From positions 32,001-96,000 of IMG/VR virus record IMGVR_UViG_3300035670_000030: DNA of 64,000 nucleotides. One strand, given 5' to 3'. The position numbers and the translations under genes are program-made. Source of the stretch: a virus. Below the pieces are notes generated by a model. That model saw nothing but the letters and a program-made list of their open reading frames with translations. It was not told the DNA's origin and did not search any database. This document shows, piece after piece, positions 1 through 8,874 of this stretch (the stretch's first letter is position 1; each line of letters opens with the position of its first letter).

Positions 1-87
1 ATAATTATCACGATATTTTTGTGAGAAACAATTTCTTGGTTTATCACCTTTACCAGCGCCACAAGAATTATTATTTTGGCAGTCCAT
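1..87 (-). CDS. small phage protein (partial, runs off window), GKGDKPRN motif
   Basis: Hand translation from ATG at 87: MDCQNNNSCGAGKGDKPRNCFSQKYRDNY; preceded by a sigma70-like promoter. Confidence 0.6.
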   Translation of the reverse strand, partial: MDCQNNNSCGAGKGDKPRNCFSQKYRDNY

Positions 88-93
88 ATTTAG

Positions 94-122
94 ATATTAT
101 TATTATTTATATAAAAAGTCAA
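94..122 (-). promoter_or_regulatory. sigma70-type promoter TTGACT-17-TAATAT, 6 nt before ATG (leaderless)
   Basis: -35 at 122-117, -10 at 99-94; back-to-back with the tmRNA -35 box. Confidence 0.6.
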
Positions 123-128
123 TTTTAT

Positions 129-158
129 TTGACAATCATATAAAATTATTGTAATAAT
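129..158 (+). promoter_or_regulatory. putative sigma70 promoter for tmRNA
   Basis: Perfect TTGACA at 129-134; AATAAT/TAATAA -10-like hexamer 17-18 nt downstream. Confidence 0.5.
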
Positions 159-178
159 ATATTATTCTTTGAAATTTA

Positions 179-636
179 GGGCGTGTACTGGTTTCGACAT
201 TTGGTTGAAATTAAAAACGCATGTCGAGGTTAATCGATGGCCTCGTAAAAAATCGATTAAAAAATTAAAAGCAGAAGATAATACTGCCGATATCTTGGCT
301 GAAGCCGAGTATATCTTTAACAATGCTTCCGAGTTCCTCGGTGGTGTTGAAGAAGAGTATCTCTTAGCAGCCTAAGGTCTTTATAACCAGATCCTCTAAG
401 GTTATATCGATAAACAGAGGATGTCAGATTGTTGGTAGTTCTGATGTAATAATAAAATATCAACCGTTTATAGATTGCGATAATGTCTATAGGCAGACTG
501 TAAACTCGGTTAGTATCACCAAGCAGCCTAAAGTCTTCGCTACCGTATGGTAGCTGAAATGCTAAAGACACTTAAACATGTAGACTTTTTAACGTAAATT
601 AAATGGACAGGAGTTCAACTCTCCTCACGTCCACCA
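179..636 (+). ncRNA. ssrA: tmRNA (transfer-messenger RNA)
   Basis: 5' GGGCGTG pairs with 3' CACGTCC-ACCA with G3.U wobble; GGTTTCGAC 5' motif; T-arm AGGAG-TTCAACT-CTCCT; PK1 at 225-260 (CGAGG/CCTCG and TTAATCGAT/ATCGATTAA); tag ORF ending LAA-stop. Confidence 0.95.
271..375 (+). other. tmRNA proteolysis tag reading frame AEDNTADILAEAEYIFNNASEFLGGVEEEYLLAA
   Basis: GCA resume codon 10 nt after PK1; C-terminal LAA degron; TAA at 373-375. Confidence 0.8.
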
Positions 637-1239
637 TATATCACATACATCTATAGCACCAATTTCTGGATATTCGTTTATATGATATAACAAAAATTTT
701 GAAAAATCTTGTACATGCATTGTTCCAACTCCCACTTTTGAATTATTAGATTTCCAATAGTAATTATTGTCTTTTTTATAAAATCTATTAGTATAATCAT
801 CATCCCCATAAATAGCACATGGGCGAATAATTAAACAATTATTAATTTTATTTTGATTAATATATTCTTCAATTAAAAATTTATCTACACAATACCTATC
901 ATAACTATTGGTCAAGTTTGGGCTGTTGATAATATTTTTTTCGTGAATCGACATTGTCGATATATAAATATATTTTTTATATTTTAAATATTTATAAGTA
1001 TTTTTAAATTGATTAACTGTATAACAAGAAAAATCAATAACAATATCAAAATTATAATTAGAAAGGGTTTTACAAGAATCTTCTACATTTCTGTCAAGTT
1101 TGATTAATGGGATATTTGAAAATAGATTTGGATTTGTTATTCCACGATTTGCTAATGCAATATTAAAATTATTATTAATTAGTAATTTAGTAAAATCTTT
1201 ACCAAGCATTTGAGTACCACCCAAAATTAATATTTTCAT
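625..1239 (-). CDS. NAD-dependent epimerase/dehydratase family (short, atypical SDR)
   Basis: ILILGGTQMLG Rossmann motif, YIYIST, YCVDK (YxxxK), IIRPCAIYG. Confidence 0.75.
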   Translation of the reverse strand: MKILILGGTQMLGKDFTKLLINNNFNIALANRGITNPNLFSNIPLIKLDRNVEDSCKTLSNYNFDIVIDFSCYTVNQFKNTYKYLKYKKYIYISTMSIHEKNIINSPNLTNSYDRYCVDKFLIEEYINQNKINNCLIIRPCAIYGDDDYTNRFYKKDNNYYWKSNNSKVGVGTMHVQDFSKFLLYHINEYPEIGAIDVCDIWWT

Positions 1240-1240
1240 G

Positions 1241-2140
1241 CTAACTATTTAATACTTCTTCAAATGGCTTATCAAAATTATTCCAATAATCTGGATGTTG
1301 TTCTATATTCCAAAGATCATTTTTTTTCCATCTTTCGAAGATAAAATGCGAACTTTTCCATTGTTGTTTAAATTGTTCTAAATGTTTTTTAACAATATAA
1401 ATTGGGTCGCTATGGAACCATTGTACAACCGCACTTCTATCAAACTTAGCCCCTACGAAAGCATGATAAGAAATAGGGCTGATTTCAAAAGCAAAAAGTC
1501 TATTATTAATTGGTAATATAGTTTCAGCGCGATCATGAATATTATAACTATTACAAACAGCAGTTCCACCACCATCTTCTATTTTAGGATTTTCTATATT
1601 ATTTAAATAAAATAAATTGGCGACACTTCTTATAATTTTTTTCGTAAATATCTGGCTATTACTGTCATCTGCGTATTCACAATCATCAATATTTTTAATG
1701 TCTTTATGTGGGTCTTCCATTGCTGAACATATTGATAAATCTTTATGTACCCAGCCACTTTTAGATGGTTGTTCTGGAGAACCTTTATGAAAGTGAGCCG
1801 AACAAGTTACATGTTGATTAAATTCGATATTTAAAATTTCAGACAAATAATCTTTCCAAAAAGTATCTATAAAAAACTCAAATCCATTCACATAATCATT
1901 AGATTTAAAACCATAAATAATAGCATTATAAATATTATTTGGATTGTCTCCTACTTGACCATGAGAGTAGTTTTTTCTAGAAATATATTCTGGGAATTGA
2001 TTAGATAATTTGGTATAAATTTCTGGCTTAAACAAATTATCAATTACTAAATATTTAAAAGGTTCCTGATACAAATTTACTACAACATTTTCAGAAACAT
2101 ATGGATGCTGTTTTAATTTCTCAATTAATGTCATTTTCAA
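1241..2140 (-). CDS. 2OG-Fe(II) oxygenase
   Basis: PFKYLVIDNLF N-terminal motif, HKD (HxD), LFYLN, GGGT, SYHAF distal His, downstream Arg; ATG start probably 2134. Confidence 0.8.
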   Translation of the reverse strand: MKMTLIEKLKQHPYVSENVVVNLYQEPFKYLVIDNLFKPEIYTKLSNQFPEYISRKNYSHGQVGDNPNNIYNAIIYGFKSNDYVNGFEFFIDTFWKDYLSEILNIEFNQHVTCSAHFHKGSPEQPSKSGWVHKDLSICSAMEDPHKDIKNIDDCEYADDSNSQIFTKKIIRSVANLFYLNNIENPKIEDGGGTAVCNSYNIHDRAETILPINNRLFAFEISPISYHAFVGAKFDRSAVVQWFHSDPIYIVKKHLEQFKQQWKSSHFIFERWKKNDLWNIEQHPDYWNNFDKPFEEVLNS

Positions 2141-2279
2141 TTATCTTTTTTTCTATTTGTTCTCCTTGATATTCGAAAACAGCTATTTTTTCTCCTTCTT
2201 TATTTGTATAAGTATAAAGATATTCCATATCTGTTACTTGAATTTGTTTACCATTAATTTCTGTAAAGTCTAATTTCAT
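2121..2279 (-). CDS. hypothetical protein
   Basis: Fills operon gap; ATG at 2279 touches the upstream stop. Confidence 0.5.
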   Translation of the reverse strand: MKLDFTEINGKQIQVTDMEYLYTYTNKEGEKIAVFEYQGEQIEKKIIENDIN

Positions 2280-2869
2280 TACAAATATTTTACTAAAAAC
2301 CAATATAGCTTATCTAATAATTTTTTTAAAAAATTAATTGGTTTAAGAATAATTTTATTTTTTATGAATCTCCAATATTTAGTATAAAATATATATTTAT
2401 TATACCAACGTTTTCGGCGCTCTTCATGCTCTTCCATCGTATTTTTTAATTTAATAATACGAACTGTAGCATCTATTATTTCATAAGAAAGTATTTCTAT
2501 ATTTTCAAGTTTTCCATTCGTAAATTTAGCAAGATAATCAATAGATATATCTTTAGCTTTGTCAGAAGATTCATCTTCGTGAATTGTTTCGTAGCAATAA
2601 AAATTTAAAATACCATGAAAATTTATCGGTACAATTTCTTCGCTAATGACATCCATATATCCTTTAAAAAAGGCACTGTCATCATCAACCCATTCATATT
2701 GACGTTTGCGCCAATTTAGAGTGCCATCTTCTTTCAAATAATAAAGATCCAACAAATTTTCTAAATCTTTAGTTTGGAATTCTTGATCGTAAGGATCGGG
2801 TAAAATATCTATAACTTCCAACGGAAGTGGAAGTGGATAGTCACATTGAATTGAATCAAACATTCCCAT
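2279..2869 (-). CDS. hypothetical phage protein (MGMFD...QTKDL type)
   Basis: Long ORF in operon; ATG at 2869 coupled to upstream stop. Confidence 0.7.
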   Translation of the reverse strand: MGMFDSIQCDYPLPLPLEVIDILPDPYDQEFQTKDLENLLDLYYLKEDGTLNWRKRQYEWVDDDSAFFKGYMDVISEEIVPINFHGILNFYCYETIHEDESSDKAKDISIDYLAKFTNGKLENIEILSYEIIDATVRIIKLKNTMEEHEERRKRWYNKYIFYTKYWRFIKNKIILKPINFLKKLLDKLYWFLVKYL

Positions 2870-3036
2870 TATTGTTCGTCCTCCCATTTGGGTAATTCAA
2901 CATTTTCAATTGGTGCAAAATATTGGTCAATTTTATTTTCAATTCTAGAAAAACGAAATTCATTAGAAATTAATACTCCTAGTTGAATAATTAGAATCGA
3001 CAAAATTGCAAACATTGTTACGCGGTCTTCTTTCAT
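2869..3036 (-). CDS. small membrane protein
   Basis: Single hydrophobic stretch FAILSILIIQLGVLI. Confidence 0.55.
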   Translation of the reverse strand: MKEDRVTMFAILSILIIQLGVLISNEFRFSRIENKIDQYFAPIENVELPKWEDEQ

Positions 3037-3037
3037 A

Positions 3038-3331
3038 TTAATTAGCTCCATTATTTTTATGATTTGAAGGGTCTTTAATTTCTAGTACTTCTTCCCTATC
3101 ATTTTCAAGATCATTTTCTACAAAATCTAAATGTGCATTTTCTGGCAAAACAAAACCAATACTTTGAAGAAAACGCTCAAAAGCATAAAGATGTTCTTCT
3201 ATGGTTGCGTCTTCTCCTATTTCCATAGTTACTACGGGAAAATTGCTATTAGAAAAATCATTCATATTCTGAACGACTTTATAGCTATGAAACCAGTATA
3301 AATCTTTATTTTTCTTTATCATTGTTATCAA
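3038..3331 (-). CDS. hypothetical protein
   Basis: ORF in tight operon. Confidence 0.6.
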   Translation of the reverse strand: MITMIKKNKDLYWFHSYKVVQNMNDFSNSNFPVVTMEIGEDATIEEHLYAFERFLQSIGFVLPENAHLDFVENDLENDREEVLEIKDPSNHKNNGAN

Positions 3332-3599
3332 TAAAATTTAAAAGTGTTTCGTTAATTATTTCATTTACTGAAATATCTCTATCGCAAGACTCTCCAACAA
3401 GAAATTCAAGAATTTCACGTGGCCACTCACTAATTTCAATTTCCATTTTTACATATGGCTGAAGAGTAATACTTTTCGTTTCTTCATCAAATTTGAAAGA
3501 AAGTTTTTGGCCTTCTTTCCACCCAAGCTCCTGCATTTCTTCTTCAGAAAATTGTATATAGAGTTCTTTTTTTTCTTGGATTTTTTTATATTTTTCCAT
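3306..3599 (-). CDS. AbrB/MazE-like DNA-binding protein with RHH-like C-terminus
   Basis: LYIQFSEEEMQELGWKEGQKLSF matches the swapped-hairpin AbrB pattern; C-terminal DISVNEIINETL resembles RHH helices. Confidence 0.55.
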   Translation of the reverse strand: MEKYKKIQEKKELYIQFSEEEMQELGWKEGQKLSFKFDEETKSITLQPYVKMEIEISEWPREILEFLVGESCDRDISVNEIINETLLNFIDNNDKEK

Positions 3600-3604
3600 A
3601 CTTT

Positions 3605-3633
3605 ATTATCTATTAATTTTGTTTATCTGTCAA
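3605..3633 (-). promoter_or_regulatory. sigma70-type promoter TTGACA-17-GATAAT, 5 nt before ATG 3599
   Basis: Read directly from the minus strand. Confidence 0.6.
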
Positions 3634-3972
3634 TAAATTTTTATCACTAATTTGAATTTTATAATACTTATAAAAATATAGAGTTTCTTTTATATCTAAT
3701 TGATTATGAATGTCTTGCCAAATTAAATCAATTAAAAGAGCCGCGACATCTTCATAAAGAAAATACCTATCTGATAAAAGAACGGGCTCAAGTCCCATGT
3801 TTTGATTGGCAATTCGTTGTAAATATTTTTCGATATTTTGCCTCGCCGTTTTCCACTTCGGGTCAAGTGATTCAATTTTTGTTTCTTTTTGGAGTTGGTT
3901 TTTAAAATTTTGGTCGATTGCATTTTTTAAATTATTTAGTATTTGTTGATACAGATTTATTGTTTGTTCCAT
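3613..3972 (-). CDS. hypothetical protein
   Basis: 119-aa ORF in operon orientation. Confidence 0.6.
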   Translation of the reverse strand: MEQTINLYQQILNNLKNAIDQNFKNQLQKETKIESLDPKWKTARQNIEKYLQRIANQNMGLEPVLLSDRYFLYEDVAALLIDLIWQDIHNQLDIKETLYFYKYYKIQISDKNLLTDKQN

Positions 3973-4121
3973 ATTTGAATTTTCCTATTTCAATAATAAA
4001 CCTCCCAATATATAAACTATATTTTTGATACATTCTATTATTTATTTTTATTAATTTAAATTCGGATTGTATATTCCACCATACTAGAATATGATAGTTA
4101 AAAATATCTATATGTTTAAGA

Positions 4122-4481
4122 TTAACTATCATAATCAGAAGGTAAAAGATATCTATAAAGTTCAATACAGTTATAAAAATGGTCGCATGATTCCCAATCA
4201 CGCACATTCATATTTTCTTGATAATATTCTTCATGCTGTTCTAGCTTATTCTTTAGTTCATTGATCTTACCTTCTGATAAATTCATTCTAATAAAATCTA
4301 AGACATGCTCAGCTTCTTGATCTGTTAGATGAAATTCAACTCTTCCACCATCAAACTTTGAACCATAATTAAATTCAAATTTAATTTCTACATCTGGATC
4401 GAATGACCCAAAAGACTTATCACTAAAATCAGAAAAATATTCTGCTTTTTCTTCTCGTTTGGGTTCTGTTATTTTTTTCAT
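4122..4481 (-). CDS. hypothetical protein
   Basis: ORF with ATGA coupling to upstream gene. Confidence 0.65.
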   Translation of the reverse strand: MKKITEPKREEKAEYFSDFSDKSFGSFDPDVEIKFEFNYGSKFDGGRVEFHLTDQEAEHVLDFIRMNLSEGKINELKNKLEQHEEYYQENMNVRDWESCDHFYNCIELYRYLLPSDYDS

Positions 4482-5062
4482 AGAAAGTATTGAAAGTCTT
4501 TACTATTTATATCAAAATATTCATTAACCGTCAAGAACTTTATAGGCATATGGTTATAAATTTTTGGATTTTCGTATGGTTTGGGGTACCAAGCTTTATT
4601 AAGAAAGGCGTATGTATAAGAAAAAAGATATGAATTAGCTTTCTGTATATATTGTTTTTTATTAAAACGAATACCATATTTTTGCATTTTGGCTACTGTT
4701 CTTTTTTCACAGTCAAGTTCAAGAGCGATTGTATTTTTAAAACCACTCTCTAGTTTTTTCTTTGGAATATTTTTTCCATGAATCCATCCTTCGACTATGA
4801 ATAAAGTATTTTCATCGGACATCCAAACTTTAGGGCCAGCTAAAAATTGATCTAAATGACAAGATTCATGAACAAGAATATCTAACCAGTCTTGCATTTT
4901 TTCTTTTTTAGTTGCTACGGCGAGCGTTTGTTCGTCAAAATATCCACTACATGGAATATTCTCTTGATCAACTTGATCGGTATATTCTAAACGAAAATTA
5001 ATTCCGTTTTTAATACATTTTGTCATTATATCAGATATTAATTTTTGTATATTTTTATTCAT
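4478..5062 (-). CDS. HExxH zincin-like protein
   Basis: ILVHESCHLDQ followed by LELDCE third-ligand-like helix. Confidence 0.6.
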   Translation of the reverse strand: MNKNIQKLISDIMTKCIKNGINFRLEYTDQVDQENIPCSGYFDEQTLAVATKKEKMQDWLDILVHESCHLDQFLAGPKVWMSDENTLFIVEGWIHGKNIPKKKLESGFKNTIALELDCEKRTVAKMQKYGIRFNKKQYIQKANSYLFSYTYAFLNKAWYPKPYENPKIYNHMPIKFLTVNEYFDINSKDFQYFL

Positions 5063-5847
5063 CGAATTTTATATGTTGTTAAACGGCCATTACGAATAAT
5101 TGCGTAATCTTTAAGATTAGTATCAAGATTCCAACTTTCATATTCAGTATTTAATGCGGTAGCAGTTGGTTCTGGAACATAACTATGCCCGAAAACTTGC
5201 TTACCAATATCTGGAGAAGCATGAAATTCGTTATAATAATCAAGCCAAAGAAGGCTACCTGTATTATCTTGACCTCCGCGAGCAACACCAACTGCTGAAA
5301 TTAATGCATTTTGACGGTAAGCTATATTTCTAAAATTAAGCCAAACATCCGGCAAAATTTCATCAATTACTTGATCGACAGTCATACCATATGGTATTTG
5401 ACGATTTACCATACCAGCATGAGAAAAAATCCATCCTTGGGAACGATGGGCAATTTTAAAATTTTTAATAAACCAGTCATCTTTCAAACCTTTATCATAA
5501 AATACTTGACGAAAAGTTGAAATTTTACTTTTAGTTACTCCAGAACACCAATATGTAATACTTGGATGAACAGTTCTATATCCACCAGACTTATTATTAT
5601 AGATATAAGCAAGATCATGGTTTCCAACAAGAAAAACTATTTTACCAGTTTTTTCGTTTTCCGAAACAAGGTCACGCAAAAACAGGCAAGTGTCTTTAAA
5701 GCTTGCAACTCTTGGGAATTCATGAAAAGAATCAAACCAATCACCAAGAAAAATTATTTCATCAAAGGATTCTAATTTCTCAACTTCAAAAATCTTTTTA
5801 ATACCAGCTATATCTTGATGTACATCTGGTATAACAAGAGTTTTCAT
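5059..5847 (-). CDS. calcineurin-like metallophosphoesterase
   Basis: DVH, LGDWFD, GNHD, HAG and FGHS motifs. Confidence 0.9.
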   Translation of the reverse strand: MKTLVIPDVHQDIAGIKKIFEVEKLESFDEIIFLGDWFDSFHEFPRVASFKDTCLFLRDLVSENEKTGKIVFLVGNHDLAYIYNNKSGGYRTVHPSITYWCSGVTKSKISTFRQVFYDKGLKDDWFIKNFKIAHRSQGWIFSHAGMVNRQIPYGMTVDQVIDEILPDVWLNFRNIAYRQNALISAVGVARGGQDNTGSLLWLDYYNEFHASPDIGKQVFGHSYVPEPTATALNTEYESWNLDTNLKDYAIIRNGRLTTYKIR

Positions 5848-5853
5848 TGTTAT

Positions 5854-5882
5854 ATTATATAAAAGAATTATCTACTTGTCAA
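5854..5882 (-). promoter_or_regulatory. consensus sigma70 promoter TTGACA-17-TATAAT, 6 nt before ATG 5847 (leaderless)
   Basis: Perfect consensus on minus strand. Confidence 0.8.
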
Positions 5883-6276
5883 TTTCTTTATCCCAAAGAA
5901 AAACAACATTATCATAATGTGAAAAATGTTTTTCTAATCCAGGTTTGAGAACTTTTTCCCATATTTTATATCTATTTGCTAGGCCACCACCTAGTTGAGA
6001 AATATAAAAAGTTTTATCCATATTTTTTTCAATAAAAAGTTGTAATTCCACCGCATACGCTAAAAAATCTACATTATAACTTTCTGGACGATAAAAAGAT
6101 TCATCCATATTATCGGGATTTTTTTTGGTTATAAATCCATAAGTTTGAGGATGGTCTCTTAAAGCTGCTGCGCCACCATAGCCCACACGACGAAGATTAT
6201 CACCAAAGATAAATATAGCATTTGGATTTTCATCTAAAAACTTTTTCGTAACAATAAAATTTTCGTATTTAGCCAT
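5872..6276 (-). CDS. macro-domain-like phage protein
   Basis: IFIFGDNLRRVGYGGAA...GFITKK...LGGGLA Gly-rich loops resembling macro folds. Confidence 0.5.
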   Translation of the reverse strand: MAKYENFIVTKKFLDENPNAIFIFGDNLRRVGYGGAAALRDHPQTYGFITKKNPDNMDESFYRPESYNVDFLAYAVELQLFIEKNMDKTFYISQLGGGLANRYKIWEKVLKPGLEKHFSHYDNVVFLWDKEIDK

Positions 6277-6277
6277 A

Positions 6278-6655
6278 TTATCCAATACCAAAGTTAATTA
6301 CACCTTTAAAATTTTTTGGCTTTTTAATTTCTTTCCATTTCATTGTTTCGAAATCTGCTTCAAACCATGATTCTTCAAATTCGTCTGACATTCCATAAAT
6401 ACCTTCAGACACTTTTTCAATAACTAAATATTTAAATACCCCTCCTTCATCAAGACCATTGATACCAAACTTTTCTATAAAATGCAATGCGTCACTATAT
6501 CGAGTGTAAAAACCAACACAACGACAGCGCTCTCCAGATTTTTCTGGAACTACTGTAATTGTATAAATTGATTCAGATTTATTATCAAATTGACGAGTTT
6601 CTAAAAGAGTATTGTGATTGTAAAGAACTTCGTATTTAGGAGAATCTTCGATCAT
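6278..6655 (-). CDS. hypothetical protein
   Basis: Coupled ORF in operon. Confidence 0.65.
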   Translation of the reverse strand: MIEDSPKYEVLYNHNTLLETRQFDNKSESIYTITVVPEKSGERCRCVGFYTRYSDALHFIEKFGINGLDEGGVFKYLVIEKVSEGIYGMSDEFEESWFEADFETMKWKEIKKPKNFKGVINFGIG

Positions 6656-7308
6656 GTCCAGAAATATTGTCTATATTTTACGACTTCTGTCAAGATTTTA
6701 GTATCAGTTTTGTTGATCAAAGTCTCAATACGATGAACTTCCGCATAATCCTGTTCATATGTATTCCGATTGATCTCTGTAAGACGTTTAGAAGTCAAAG
6801 GTGGATAAGCCGCATCTAAATCTTTTTGAAGTTGTGGTCTTTCGACAGTTACATAATGATAGGCTTTTTCTAACCATTTTGCAAATTTTGAACATTCTTT
6901 ACCACTAGCTTCCCAATCTACGATACCACTTTTATATTCATCTTCATAAAACCCTTTAATGAAAGCGAAATTTACATCTTCAATAAGAACGCAAACATCA
7001 ACCCATGTATTAGGGATTGCAGCACGATATTTTTTGCCATAAGGTTTAAAAAAGCATTTAAATTCGTACCAAGCATCACGAATTTGATATGGAATATAAA
7101 GCTCCATATCTTTTTTGAACATATACCATTTAAGCCAAATATTAATATTAAACCAAGTTTTCCAAGTAGATTTATAGTCAACAGGGTTAACAATATTAAT
7201 TTTTTTCGTACTTGCAGTAAAATCTTTTACATCTGTTTTCATCTTCTCAATTTTACGAGAAGATTTAACTTTTTTATTTGGTTTAATTTTTACTTGCTTA
7301 TTTTTCAT
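6652..7308 (-). CDS. hypothetical phage protein
   Basis: 218-aa ORF, ATGA overlaps at both ends. Confidence 0.7.
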   Translation of the reverse strand: MKNKQVKIKPNKKVKSSRKIEKMKTDVKDFTASTKKINIVNPVDYKSTWKTWFNINIWLKWYMFKKDMELYIPYQIRDAWYEFKCFFKPYGKKYRAAIPNTWVDVCVLIEDVNFAFIKGFYEDEYKSGIVDWEASGKECSKFAKWLEKAYHYVTVERPQLQKDLDAAYPPLTSKRLTEINRNTYEQDYAEVHRIETLINKTDTKILTEVVKYRQYFWT

Positions 7309-8456
7309 GGCCTAAATCCTATTTTTGGTTTTTCAAGAGTTTTGATATTTCCAATAAGTTCTTCATCACTTTTTGCATAATAAATATCAGCTAGAGTCAT
7401 ATTATCTTCCGGTTTGATATCAATGTCAAGTTTTTTAATAAGTTTTGCCGCCTGTTCTTTCGGAAGCCCTTGGAATGAATATTCGGCTTTTAAACGACCT
7501 TTTCTTAGAAGAGCTTCATCAATATCTTGACGATCACAATTGTAAGTAACAATGACATTTAATTTAAGAACATCTCCAAGAATACCATCTGTCATATTAA
7601 GAAGCGTTGAGACTAGAGAGGGTTGATCAGAAAGACTACGCTTGGTTAGAGCTTTTTCAGCGTCTTCAAGGATCATAACACAATCAGTTTTCTTTTTCAA
7701 TAAACTTAAAATTGATGGATTAGTAATCTCGTCAACAAAAGAAGTTGGAAAGAAAATAACATCTTTTTTAAGAACTGATGCTAGATACCTAATATAAGTT
7801 GTTTTGCCAGTTCCAGGAACCCCGTGAAGCATGTAAAGCCCCGAAGAGTTTTCGTGAAGAGATTTAATCATCTTATCACTAACTTTTTTAAATTCTTCTC
7901 CATAGTTTAATTCAAGATCAAAAGTCTCTGGCAAATTAATATTAAATTTAGAAAAATTAAAATTACCATAGTCTTGATTAACCATAAAAATATTTGGACG
8001 TTTATCAATATCCATGAATTCTAAAAATTCACTATCAACACAATTTCTACTAGTTGGATAATAAAATGTTAATCTACATTTATCTTTTTCTTTACTATTT
8101 TCGGAACTTATATGAATAAAATTATCTTTATAAAAAAAGATACTACCTTCTTCATAATCTAGGTTGGGTAAAATAATTTCACCACCAATAATAAATGGTT
8201 CTTCTTCATCTTCCAAATCTTCAAGGGATTTAGAAATTAAAACCTCTTCCCCAGTTTGTACTAACTGTGCATTATTTTTATTTAAATATTCAATGATCTT
8301 ATCTTTAAAAAAGTTTTCACGATATCTTTTATATGATGGAATTTCGCCATCTGATAATGACATTATCAATGACATTGGATTAATAAACTCAGAATGAAAA
8401 AGTCCTACAAGAGTAAGATCGGGCAGTTTAGATTTTGGAATTTTATAAGAGTTCAT
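7305..8456 (-). CDS. AAA+ ATPase
   Basis: Walker A GVPGTGKT, Walker B ILEDAE, LLNMTDG, DEALLRKGRL second region of homology. Confidence 0.9.
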   Translation of the reverse strand: MNSYKIPKSKLPDLTLVGLFHSEFINPMSLIMSLSDGEIPSYKRYRENFFKDKIIEYLNKNNAQLVQTGEEVLISKSLEDLEDEEEPFIIGGEIILPNLDYEEGSIFFYKDNFIHISSENSKEKDKCRLTFYYPTSRNCVDSEFLEFMDIDKRPNIFMVNQDYGNFNFSKFNINLPETFDLELNYGEEFKKVSDKMIKSLHENSSGLYMLHGVPGTGKTTYIRYLASVLKKDVIFFPTSFVDEITNPSILSLLKKKTDCVMILEDAEKALTKRSLSDQPSLVSTLLNMTDGILGDVLKLNVIVTYNCDRQDIDEALLRKGRLKAEYSFQGLPKEQAAKLIKKLDIDIKPEDNMTLADIYYAKSDEELIGNIKTLEKPKIGFRP

Positions 8457-8457
8457 A

Positions 8458-8685
8458 TTAAAAAGGATCTAAATCAAAAATTTCAGATAAAACTACTTCT
8501 ACGCATGCTTGTTTATGTAAACGAGAATTTAGTGCGATATACAATCGATTATGATATTCATAGTTTTTATCTTTTTTATAAAACTTAACTAAAAGTTCTG
8601 CCATTCGTTTAATTTCTTTTTTGGTTGGTTTTTTGAATTTGCTCATAAGAGAACTTGCTTCACACGCTTTATTTATTATACCCAA
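8458..8685 (-). CDS. hypothetical protein (ATG start probably 8646)
   Basis: ORF between tRNAs and AAA gene. Confidence 0.45.
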   Translation of the reverse strand: MGIINKACEASSLMSKFKKPTKKEIKRMAELLVKFYKKDKNYEYHNRLYIALNSRLHKQACVEVVLSEIFDLDPF

Positions 8686-8710
8686 ATTTATTAATTAATC
8701 AAGAAGAAAG

Positions 8711-8792
8711 TGCTGATGATAGGAGTCGAACCTACACTTCCGAAGAAAACAGATCCTAAGTCTGTCGCGGCTGCCAATTACGCCACATCAGC
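8711..8792 (-). tRNA. tRNA-Leu (anticodon TAG)
   Basis: GCTGATG/CATCAGC acceptor stem, anticodon arm ACAGA-CTTAGGA-TCTGT, long variable arm, GGTTCGACTCC T-loop; CCA not encoded. Confidence 0.93.
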
Positions 8793-8795
8793 ATT

Positions 8796-8868
8796 TGGAG
8801 GTGACAGGGCTCGAACCTGCTACCTTGACCTTGCAAAGGTCCTGCTCTACCAGATGAGCTACACCCCC
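8796..8868 (-). tRNA. tRNA-Ala (anticodon TGC)
   Basis: GGGGGTG/CACCTCC acceptor with G3.U70, loop TTTGCAA, GGTTCGAGCCC T-arm. Confidence 0.95.
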
Positions 8869-8874
8869 GTAAAA

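Noticed and set aside
169-571. ORFs 169-375 (+) and 317-571 (-) as protein genes
   Set aside because: They lie within the tmRNA; only 271-375 is meaningful, as the tag frame
605-636. tmRNA 3' end as a prophage attachment site
   Set aside because: No integrase, no duplicated 3' end seen, and phage-like genes on both sides
8711-8792. tRNA with TAG as amber suppressor, or stop-codon recoding
   Set aside because: Anticodon TAG reads CTA (Leu); a suppressor would need CTA. Conserved genes are intact in code 11 and all three stops end genes
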